A stretch of DNA of 63,444 nucleotides, filler included, from Reclinomonas americana ATCC 50394 (lineage: Eukaryota), in assembly GCA_048213135.1 (NCBI GenBank). It is 21 parts of 21 records of this genome, joined end to end, with 100 filler letters (N's around TTAATTAATTAA, not from the genome) between each part and the next. Parts side by side here need not be neighbours in the genome. Positions count along the whole stretch, not along the records: positions 49,249 to 53,834 come from AFZH01023846.1; positions 53,935 to 57,343 come from AFZH01023847.1; positions 57,444 to 60,046 come from AFZH01023849.1; positions 60,147 to 63,444 come from AFZH01023851.1; 17 more parts are not named here. One strand, written 5' to 3'. Every line of letters begins with the position of its first letter. The first letter of the stretch is position 1. Below the pieces are notes generated by a model, which saw only the letters and a list, made by a program, of their open reading frames with translations, had not been told where the DNA came from and did not search any database. A program made the position numbers and the translations under genes. Positions 53,832 to 63,444 of the stretch are shown piece after piece.

Positions 53832-54626
53832 GACNNNNNNNNNNNNNNNNNNNNNNNNNNNNNNNNNNNNNNNNNNNNTTAATTAATTAANNNNNNNNNN
53901 NNNNNNNNNNNNNNNNNNNNNNNNNNNNNNNNNNTATCTCTTCTCTCTCTCTTCTCTCTCTCTCTCTTCTCTCTCTACTCTCTGTCTCTTCTCTCTCTTT
54001 CTCTTGTACGCGCGTTCGCTCTCGTTCTCTCCCTCGATGCTGCTGCACAGCATCACGCATGCATGATCATTTGCAAGGGAGGAGACATGAGAGAGACAAG
54101 GCGACAGAGTGTATCTGTGGTGGCATGTGGGGGATGAGAGAGAGGGACAGAGATGGAGTGTGCTATTGCTTCTGCCTCTTTGGATTCATGTTAATGTTTT
54201 GTATGGCTCTTTTGGTATTCGTGTTATCGTGTTTGTGTGCCTATCCTACTCACCAAGACGGCGGTTAGCAAAGATACTGCAAAAACAACTAACACGCAGA
54301 AACAGGCATCCACTGCCTGCAGCTGCACACACAGCATCAGGGTGTGCGGCCGGTCAATCGCGCCGTCTCTTCCAGGCTTATGGGTGTGGAGTACCAAGCA
54401 CCTTCCTCCCAGGGCATGCGCAGGGTCCTCGCCAAATAGCGGCGGCTTTACGTGTGGAATGGTGTGTCGGTCTGTTAATCTCCTTTCTTCCACTGCCGTT
54501 TTCCTTCCTTCCTGTCTCTCTCAACTCCTGCCTATATACAGTAGATATCTCGATCTCAGTCCCTCTTATCTCGCCATGTCTTGTTCCCCATAAACCTACA
54601 GCTGACGTCGACTGTTGTGCGCAATT

Positions 54627-55142
54627 ATGGTGAGTCGGCACAACAGAGTGGCAACGATCTTGCTCGAAGAACACAGGGACTCAAGTGTGCACAGCGAGGC
54701 AGTCTTCTACACCGAGAAAGTGCCGCAGAATTTGTTGCCAGCAGGAGAAGACCAGTTGGCACAGCTGAAACCAGACATTGTGGCTGTGACTCGAGCAGGT
54801 CCAGATGCCGATGCACAGGTGACGAAGGTGCTGATCGTGGAACTCACCGTTGCGTACCCGAAGGACGAAGAGGCGCTGCAAAAGGCGTACGACCGCAAGC
54901 TGGCGAAGTACTCGGAGCTGGTGGAGAAGATCCGATCGCACACTGAAGCGGTGGTTACGTACGTGCCGATTGTTTTCACGCAAGTTGGCTCGTGTGCGCA
55001 GACCACCCGGGCGTCGCTGAGGAAGATGGGCATCGAGAGCGGCCAGTTGCGCCGAGTGGTGGACAGGTGCTGCGTGGAGATCCTTCGGGGGGACTATGCG
55101 ATGTTCGCTTTCAACAGTGAACGATCAGAGTCAACACAATGA
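54627..55142 (+). mobile_element. 3' fragment of a non-LTR retrotransposon ORF: restriction-like endonuclease (RLE) domain
   Basis: SRHNRV, LKPDIV, LIVELTV, RKLAKYSEL, VPIVFTQVG, LRKMG. Confidence 0.8.
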
Positions 55143-55784
55143 CGGGAGTTCACTTGGTTTCTTTTCGAGCCTCGGTTAAAGCAAGACCCGAGCGAGAGAG
55201 ACAAAAACTTCCAATAGTGAAGATAATGCAAAAGCAGATAACGTAGAAGCCAAAACGACCGCAGTCGCCGTGACCAGTATTGCCAATGGCCGCACGTAGC
55301 ACACCACCATCGAGGAAAACGCAGGGAGGAGAGAGGAGAGAGAATGGAGATTCATGATCCAGCGCTTAATTCCGGAAGCAATGCTCTCATGCAGGCGAAC
55401 ATGCTCCAGATAATGACGGTGCCACCACGGGTGCCGCGCCACCCTCCGTCGTCTCAAGCAATCGACAAGAGACAGACCCCGCATTCAGAAGCGAAGGTCA
55501 AGCGCTGAACCACAAACCCACATCTCTCGCAACCACCACACAAGCGAACCAAGAGCTCAACAGGAAAGAAAGTGAAAAACGAGAGGAGTATGATATGACT
55601 CCGATCGTATTTCACTTTATGAAACCATGATATTCCAACAGTGGAAATCTGGATAGACTGCTGTCATTCAGAAGCTCGATAATTCATTCACAAGCATCTA
55701 CCAATGATCGCCAACAAGTCTCGTGTGCTTTCCTTCTACAACTAAAACTGTTTTAAGTGTGTTGTCGATGTTGAGAACAGAGCC

Positions 55785-57343
55785 CTAATCAGGACACACA
55801 GCCTCCAGGCAGACTTCGTCAGCAGCGACCTTGGTCTGATCGCCGATCTTCTGCTTGATGGCCTTGACCGATGAGTCGTACTCGGCCTTCTTGCTGTTGA
55901 CAGCAGACTTGACCGAGTCTTCGTTGGCAAAGGGGCACGTCAACTCCACCACCTGGACCGAGCAGATCTCACCAGTCCGCTCTCTGGTGTGAACCAGGGT
56001 GACGTCTGGCTTGAGCCTGGCCGAGTTGGCGTGGTTGGCAATGTCCGCCGGCGCTGGCCATGGCAGCAGCTGCAGGTCGGCGTCGATACGCTCGCGCAGC
56101 AGCTGGCCCACCACACCGTCCACCTTGGGGCGCTGCACCAGAGCCGCTTGAAGGACGTAAAGCACATTGTCGTGGCGCGTCGTCCACAAGCCCTTCAGCT
56201 TTTCACAGCCGTTGAGCAAGTGGCCGAGCGACTCCGACTCCTTGCCACAGAGTGGGCACAGCGAGGCAGGGCCACCAGGGTTGCCGTTGAAGACCGCCGC
56301 CTTGTTGTTGAGCATGACGGACTTGGTTCACATCTTGCACAGGAAACGCTGCTCCTTCTCGCTGATGCCGTTGCCGTGAGCCACCACGTCATGGGTTCCA
56401 GCAGCAGCCTTCTGCAGAAAGTCGACAAAGGCACCACACTTCTGCAAGGCCTTCCAGCTCACAATGTGGCTCTTGGAGTAGAAGTGTGACATCGCAGGCA
56501 ACAAGCGAGAGGCAAAGGGAAACACAACACCACCGTCAGCCAGCCGTCCGACCACCAGCGGAGGCTGACCAGCAGCAGCAGCCGGATGCACTTCCACACA
56601 GACACCCAACTTCAGAGCCGTGCCCGAGAGCAACACCCATCAGATTGGAGCGAACAGCGCGGCGAGGAGCATTCGGATCAGTGGCCGCGTGGAAGCGAGT
56701 ACCTGCACTAGGAGCAACCGCAGCAGCACCGGCCTGGGGAACAACAGGAGACAGCAACACAGAGAAATACCGCTGCGGCGTGGCAACTGGCAGCTGCTGG
56801 CGATTGACGTCTGTGACCTCGTTCATCTGCCGGTACTTGGCCACCAAACCAGCAGTCGGCAACGGCGAGAAGTCGTCAACACGACCACCGGTCGCCTTCA
56901 CCGAGCAGTGCAGCATGCATGCTCCGCCACATGGCGAGTCAGGGTACCGGTCGGCAGTGTGTCAACAGCTTCACCGCCGAGTTGATCAACAGAGAGGCCG
57001 CTCGCTCCACCACAGAGTACAGGCCGAGACCACCTTTCGACAGCGGAGTGTAGAGGAAGGGTGTGCCGGAGTCGTTGTCGAGGCCAAGGCAGAGTCGGAT
57101 GTTGTCGCGGATCTTGCGGTCGATTTTGCCGAGCACGTCCGGGTGGAGCTCCACGGCCGAAATGACGAAGGTGGCCTTGGTGAGGACGAAGCGGCGAACA
57201 GCATCCACCTTCTTGAGCGGCAACAACGACGACGACTTCTTGGTGGCCTCGATCGGAGTGAAGAGCTGCTTCTCCAGCATCTTCGCCACTTGCTTCTTCG
57301 CCTCACTTGCGCGAGTCGGTGAGTAGAACGGGTAGCCAAGGCG
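55785..57343 (-). mobile_element. Degenerate RLE-type (R2/CRE/NeSL-like) non-LTR retrotransposon: RT thumb, CCHC knuckle, RLE
   Basis: LGYP, LYTPLSKGGLG, CPLCGKESESLGHLLNGC, RHDNV, LKPDV, VVELTCP, KKAEY; two frameshifts and an in-frame TGA at 56328-56330. Confidence 0.88.
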
Positions 57344-57822
57344 NNNNNNNNNNNNNNNNNNNNNNNNNNNNNNNNNNNNNNNNNNNNTTAATTAATTAAN
57401 NNNNNNNNNNNNNNNNNNNNNNNNNNNNNNNNNNNNNNNNNNNGAGAGAGAGAGAGAGAGAGAGAGAGGGGAAAGTGTGCAAGAGTGCATGTAGGCAGAG
57501 AGACAGGGGATACACACAGGCATCGAAAAGATAGATGCAGAGACAAGTGGGAGAGAGAGAGAGAGAGAGAGAGAAAGAACACGCGCACTTAGAGACGTTT
57601 TGAGTTCCAGGCTCTCGTGGCTGTTGCTTTCACTTCCGCTGCTCACCTTCACGGTACCACATATAAAGAGTTCGTGTGAGAGAGAAAGAACATGAGGAAC
57701 GAACGGTCCCGCAGGCAATGACACACACAGTGCAAGAGGCTGAAAGAGAGAACTAGAGAGAGAGAGAGCGATTCACGCAGATTCACGCACACACTTGCAT
57801 GCACTGACAAGCGACTTAATTC

Positions 57823-58751
57823 ATGGCAGACCAAGGCTTCTTTGAGGAGGACACAGCGGGTGCGTTTCTCTCCCCATCTCCCCCCTCTTCCCTCCTTCCC
57901 TCATTCCGCTCGGCAGACCTGTCCCTCGCCGAGGCCAGCAAGCTGGCCAACGTCAAGTTCTCTGCCACGCTCAAGACACGACAAATGAACTCACCGCGAC
58001 CGATCCAGTCGGAGAAGGTGTTTGCAATCTCCGACAAGGACGGCGTCAACTATCTGAGCTGGTGGGTGTAAGAGACGGCGCTCATTATCGTTTGGCATTT
58101 CTCTCACTCTTGCGTCGCTCAGGTGGAGCACCGAAAAGTGGACTGCCGCCCAGGCCGATGCGAATGACACGCCTCTCGACAGCATCAACGGCAAATTCAT
58201 CATCAAGGGCGATGGGCCGGTGAATCGTGGCGCTCGCACGTCTTATGGTGCGTCTCCTGCGGCATGATCATGATCTGCCGGTCTACGTCGACGTCACTCT
58301 ACCGCCCTCGCTTTCTCTCTTTCTCTCTCTCTCTCTCACTCACACACACACACACACACACACACCTTTTCCCCTCTCCCCACCCTTTCCCTTCCCCCAC
58401 CCTTTTCCCTTCCCCCACCCTTTCCCCTCCCCCCACCCTTTCCCTCTCCCCGCAGTGACCAAATTGCAAGAGACCACCATCGAGGGCGGCAAGACCGGCA
58501 TCATGGAGCACATCACATTCAGCCAGCGCGGCCGGAAGAAGAAGACCAAGGACAACACCGACAAGTGGTTCATCACGGCGGAGACGCCGCAAAAGCTGGA
58601 AGAATTCTTCAACGCCCTCGTCGCCGCCGGCGCCGTTCGTGGCAAGAAGAAGGGCGGTAAGAAGGGAAAGAAGGGCGAGAAGAACCAGCAGGGTGGTGAT
58701 GCGCCGGCGAGCACGCCGACTGGTGTTGGTGGGGGTGGTGGTGGTTTCTAA
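57823..58751 (+). CDS. Small PH-domain-like protein (4 exons)
   Basis: GT-AG introns; beta-strand pattern ending WFITAETPQKLEEFFNAL; Lys/Gly tail; TAA stop. Confidence 0.6.
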
Positions 58752-58914
58752 TCCGAAATGGCAATTGAAGAGTACGTCGCCGCGAATCGTGAACTTGTGA
58801 TGGCGGGATTCCTTTGTTGGGATTTCTTTGTCGATGTGCTCGATGTCGGGATTCATGCCAGGGCTTGGTGCTCGTGGTCGTTTGGGATCAGTGGTCGCCA
58901 TCTCTCTTCCTGCT

Positions 58915-59482
58915 GCCTCCACGCAATACTGCCCGATTCTCATGCGGTACCACAAACCCCTCTGTGGTCTACGGATCCACAGCCATCTGCTGCTCGACAC
59001 GTGTTGCTCTCTGTGGCAGTCAGTGTCTTGCAGGAATTCTCTCTCGAAGTTCTCACTCTGCAACAGCTTTTGCAACACAGAATGGAGCCTCCATATTGTA
59101 TCTGCCTGATCAGCTCGTGCGTTACCACGTACCTCTCTGTGGTCCATGGATTCACAGCTATCTGCTGCTCGACAAGAGTCAATCCTTGTGGCAGCCACTG
59201 TCTTGCAGGAATTCTTTCTCGATGTTCTCACTCTGCAACAGCCTCTGCAACACAGAATGGAGACTTCTTGCGATCTGCCTAATCAGCTCACGGCGGTCGG
59301 CTCTGCTGGTTCCACAGCCAACTGCTGTGTTGAAATGAATTGGTCTCTGTTGCAGTCAGTTTCTAGAGAAAAAACTCGATGTTCTCACTCTGCAGCAGCT
59401 TCCTTTCTCACGAAATGGAGCCTCCATGCAGTATCTGCCTGATCAGCTAATGACGGTCGGCTCTGCTGGATCCACAGCCAAG
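58915..59482. repeat. Imperfect tandem repeat, about 3.3 units of 158-175 bp
   Basis: TCGA.GTTCTCACTCTGCA.CAGC, ATGGAG.C.. (59082, 59257, 59415) and ATCTGCCT.ATCAGCT recur. Confidence 0.85.
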
Positions 59483-59581
59483 TAACACTTCTGCATGATG
59501 ATGATGATCATCATGCTGCAAACAGTAAGTGAAAGTCAACAAGCAACACTGCCTCTTCAGCACCCACATCCCTTCACCGAA

Positions 59582-60046
59582 TCACTCCCACGCACGACTC
59601 TTCAGCAACGCCGCCCACACCTGCCTCCCCGCCTCCACACCACCCACATCCATCATCACATTGTGCGCACAGTTGGCCGCCCACACAATCTCCTCCTCGG
59701 CGACGCCATACGCTCGCGCCACCTGTCGCACCACCGGCGGTCTCATTAGCACGTCGTCGAGACCGCCGACCACCACCACACGATGCCCGGCCTCCCGAAT
59801 CTTCTTGGCATTGGCGAACGGCAGCGACAGGCGGAACGGCGCACGCAGCGACTCGGTGGTCTCCAATTGCGCGTGAAACTCGCGCGCCACCTCCTCGGGC
59901 GTGTCGCGATGCAAGAACACCTCCTTGGCCAGCGCTGGCGTGGCCAGCGCGCGGTACGGATCGAGTGTCATTTGACCTACGAACACGGGCCAGAAGCGCA
60001 CGCGATACCAATTCAAGAAAATGGCGGAGCCGCCGGAGGGCGGAAA
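59582..60046 (-). CDS. Alpha/beta hydrolase, C-terminal part
   Basis: VVVVGGLDD (catalytic Asp) and CAHNVMMD (catalytic His). Confidence 0.75.
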   Translation of the reverse strand, partial: FPPSGGSAIFLNWYRVRFWPVFVGQMTLDPYRALATPALAKEVFLHRDTPEEVAREFHAQLETTESLRAPFRLSLPFANAKKIREAGHRVVVVGGLDDVLMRPPVVRQVARAYGVAEEEIVWAANCAHNVMMDVGGVEAGRQVWAALLKSRAWE

Positions 60047-60146
60047 NNNNNNNNNNNNNNNNNNNNNNNNNNNNNNNNNNNNNNNNNNNNTTAATTAATT
60101 AANNNNNNNNNNNNNNNNNNNNNNNNNNNNNNNNNNNNNNNNNNNN

Positions 60147-60228
60147 AGAGACAGAGACAGAGACAGAGACAGAGACAGAGACAGAGACAGAGACAGAGAC
60201 AGAGACAGAGACAGAGACAGAGACAGAC
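60147..60228. repeat. (GAGACA)n hexanucleotide microsatellite
   Basis: Visible. Confidence 0.95.
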
Positions 60229-60586
60229 CAACAGAGAGAGAAAAAAGACTAAGACACACACAAAGACGGGAGAGGAAGACAAACAGACATCGGCATTGAC
60301 AGAGAAAGTGACAAAGATAGAGAGTCAGAAACAGAGAGAAAGAGAGACAAAGACAGCAACAGACAGAGAGAGATTCGGTCACAGGGAGCGTCAGAGAGAG
60401 AGACCTTCACGCATGCAGCATTGCGCCTCTTTCCATCGCTTCTCCCTGTATGTCTCAGAGTCTGACTGCTGCGTTTGCCCATCTCTGCTTCCTCCATGCG
60501 GCGGCAGAAGAAAAAAAGAGGACAAGAGAAGACCCAACACGAGGCAAACACCATAAAACTCTTCCCTTGTCCCCTTTCATCTTACG

Positions 60587-61725
60587 AAACATCAAGTACA
60601 GATCGAGATACTCCAGTCCGAGATCGGCCAGTGTCCGCTCCAGCGCCGGTCGCACATGCTTGCGCTTGTGGTAGGTCTGCGCACCAGGTGAGACGATGCC
60701 ACCGCACAGCCCACTTCACAAAGCAACGCACGTTCCACAGCTTGGAGGTGACCCATAGATCTTCGCGCCGAATCAGGCCGCCGGCAATGGCGCGACGAAT
60801 GCCTTCGCCGACTTCTTGCTCGTTACCGTAGTCACAGGCGCAGTCGAGGTGGCGGTAACCCATGCGGATGGCGCGTTCGACGACCTGGGTGTAGAGACAT
60901 GAGAGACATCCCAAAGAACCACACTTTCCCTCTCACTCACCTCCGCAGTGTCCTCCCTCGCAATCTTCCACACACCGAGCCCGACGACTGGCATCTCGTC
61001 GCCCGAGCGCAGGACGTGCGCCTCGACACCCGCCGGGGCGCGCTTGATGGCCAGTGCGCCTTCCGGTCCGCGGGCAATGGCGGCCAGGATGCGACGTGGC
61101 GGGGTGAATGGGCGACGCGAGTGCATCACCACGCGGTTGTCGATGAAGATGACGTCGCCGGTGGACCAGGGCACTACGGCGGCGGACTTGGACATGAAGT
61201 CGGCGACGTCGCGGACAGTGGCGTCGTCCATGTGGGTGCCGTCGGCAAAGATGACGGCCTGGGGTTGGGGGGAGGAGGGTTAGAGGAGACGGGGGGAGAG
61301 GGTGAGGTGGGGGGTGTACCTTGGTGGGGTCGTTGCGCGAGTCGATCCAGCCGGTGTAGGCGGCGATGACGCTGTTGAAGAATTGGCGGAGGCCGGTGCG
61401 GTGGTCGGTGCGGAGGGCGGGGACCAGGGCGGTGACTGAGGAGGGAAAGGGGGAGGGTGAGGGGAGAAGGGGAGAGGGAGAGGGAATGAGGGAGAGGGAG
61501 TGGAAGAGAAAGATGAGGGGAGGGGAGGGAGGGAAGAGAAAGAGTAAGAGTAAGAGTAAGAGGGAGAGGGAGAGGGAGAGGACGAGGAAGAGGAAGAGGG
61601 TGAGAGAAGAGGGAAGAGGGAAGAGGGAAGAGGGAAGAGGGAAGAGGGAAGAGGGAAGGGAGAGGGAAGAGGGAGAAGGCGAAAGCAAGAGGAAGGGGAA
61701 GGAAATAGAGAAGGAGAGGGAGAGG

Positions 61726-61772
<47 letters not shown>

Positions 61773-63283
61773 AGAGAAGAGCGAGGAGAGAGAGAGAATG
61801 AGAGGTAGAGGCAGAGGCAGAGGCAGAGGCAGAGGCAGAGGCAGAGGCAGAGGCAGAGGCAGAGGCAGAGGCAGAGGCAGAGGCAGAGGCAGAGGAAGAG
61901 GAAGAGGAAGAGGAAGAGGGAGAATGTGAGGGAGGGGGAGAGGCAGAGCAAGCTGGTGAAAGAGAAAGTGAAGGAGAAGGCAAAGGAGATGGAGAAGGAC
62001 ATGGAGAAGGAGATGGAGAAGGAGATGGAGAAGGAGATGGAGATGGAGAAGGAGATGGAGAAGGAGATGGAGATGAAGAAGGAAAGGGAGAGGCAGATGG
62101 AGAAGGAGATGGGGAAGGAGATGGAGATGAAGAAGGCAAAGAAGATGGCGATGGAGAAAGAGGTGGAGAAAGAGATGGAGAAGGAGAAGGAGAAGGAGAG
62201 GGAGATGAAGAAGGAGATAGAGAGGGAGATGGAGCAGGAGAGGAGGAAAGGCAGAGGGAGGGCGGAAGACGAAGAGGGCAAGGGGAATGAAGGAATGAGG
62301 GAATGAGGGACTGAGGGAATGAGGGACTGAGGCAATGAGGCGATGAGAGAGATTGAGAGGGAAGAAAGCAGAGAGATGACGGAAGGTGGAAAGAGAAGAA
62401 GAGGGAACGAAATGAAGATAGAGAGCGAGAAGGAGAAAGAAAAGAGGAAATGAAGAGATGAGGGAGGAGGGAACGAAAAGAGGGAGAGCAAGTGAGAGAG
62501 AAGAGAAAGAGAGAGAGAGAGGAGGGAAGAGGAAGAGGGAACGAAAGGAAGATAGAGAGCGAGAAGGAGAAAAGAAGAAGAGGAAATGAGGAGAAGAGGG
62601 AAGGGGGAACGAAAAGAGGGAGAGCAAGAAGGAGAGAGGAGAAAGAGAGAGAGAGAGACGAGGGAAGAGAAAGAGGAAGACGCATTAGCAGCGGGGATGA
62701 CACAATGTACATGTGCGTGTGGGAGAGGGAGAGGGAATGAGATATAGACAGCGAGAGGGAGCGAGGGGGAGAGAGCAGCGAGAGATGTATCACGGTGTAC
62801 CTGTTCGAATGTCACCGTTGGCCAGCCACTCCCACTGTCACATGGTGTGAGGGTGATTGAGAAGAAAGGAAACCAGGATAAACGCACCTCCGTGCCGAGC
62901 TCACGCATGCGCTCCTCGGCGGCCTCTCGAGTCTGCACCTGGAACTGCACAGCGGATGAGTGATCAGGATGACAATCTCGCAAGTGTGCCACGCACTGTC
63001 GACTTCCATGAGCGACCGATGGCCGAGGTGGGGTCGTCTTCCTCGGGCATGATGCGCACGTAGCGCACGCCCTGCAGGAGTTTGGCGAGGAAGTCGGGGT
63101 GTTTGCGTTCGATGTATTTGACGACCTGGGGAGGAATGGGGTGGGTTGATGAGAGAGGGTGGAGGAAGGGGAGGTGTGGGTTGTACCTCGTTGGAGTCGA
63201 GGAGGGGGGTTTCGCCGCCTTCGGTGGGGGGTTGTTCGCAGAAGAAGAGGAGGTAGGAGGGGGGTTGGGGGACTTGGGCCATT
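60587..63283 (-). CDS. Clavaminate synthase-like (TauD/TfdA) dioxygenase fused to aldo-keto reductase (multi-exon, both ends truncated)
   Basis: [43 protein letters not shown], then [38 protein letters not shown]. Confidence 0.88.
61436..62800. repeat. Low-complexity polypurine/polypyrimidine intron with (GCAGAG)n, (GAGGGAA)n, (GAGATGGAGAAG)n and (GA)n arrays
   Basis: Plus strand almost entirely G/A; bounded by GT..AG on the minus strand. Confidence 0.88.
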
Positions 63284-63385
63284 CTGGGGGGAGGGGAAGG
63301 GAAAGGGGGGAGAAGGAGAGGGAGAGAAATGTGAGAAAAGAAGGAGAGGATGGCGGTGTGCCAAGAGAAGAAGGATGATATGGTT

Positions 63386-63416
<31 letters not shown>

Positions 63417-63444
63417 GAGAGAGGAGAGATAGAGAGGAGAGAGA

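Noticed and set aside
58915..59482. CRISPR array
   Set aside because: The 'spacers' are homologous to one another, units are too long, the context is eukaryotic and no cas genes are present
60933..63364. Long ORFs (564, 539, 694 aa) rich in Leu/Ser/Pro/Phe, and plus-strand Glu/Lys/Met ORFs
   Set aside because: Stop-free translations of low-complexity intron sequence; real exons are bounded by GT-AG sites
1..63444. rRNA, tRNA or other structured RNA genes
   Set aside because: None recognised by eye; a tRNAscan-SE/Infernal run would be needed to exclude them

Overview
This window is not one genomic locus. It holds 21 sequence pieces joined by 20 identical artificial 100-nt linkers (N44-TTAATTAATTAA-N44, stops in all six frames), and at least three organisms are represented. 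(1) 1-14247 is a high-GC actinobacterium (Microbacteriaceae-like by gene content; inference). It carries TetR, a GNAT, an AfsR-type ATPase regulator, a PecS/PecM-like pair, a lipoprotein, a serine hydrolase, DUF4406-like/DeoR, and a LacI + sugar ABC + GH43 locus. (2) 14348-36806 is an alphaproteobacterium (rhizobial/Bosea-like; inference). It carries IS1595, general-stress genes with EcfG-type promoters, a double-glycine-leader peptide, ABC and TRAP transporters, two enolase-superfamily enzymes and a fused aconitase X. (3) 36907-63444 is an intron-rich, microsatellite-rich microbial eukaryote. It carries a POMP-like beta-helix protein, EF-hand, WD40, claudin-like and PH-like genes, two restriction-like-endonuclease non-LTR retrotransposon remnants, and a TauD-aldo/keto reductase fusion. 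The most striking item is a giant FN3 protein with a single ~3.9 kb exon encoding 20 'G-x-[YWF]-x-x-x-P' repeats arranged as a mirror-symmetric 10-out/10-back series, suggesting a nested, hairpin-shaped fibre. All assignments come from reading motifs by eye; no searches were run.
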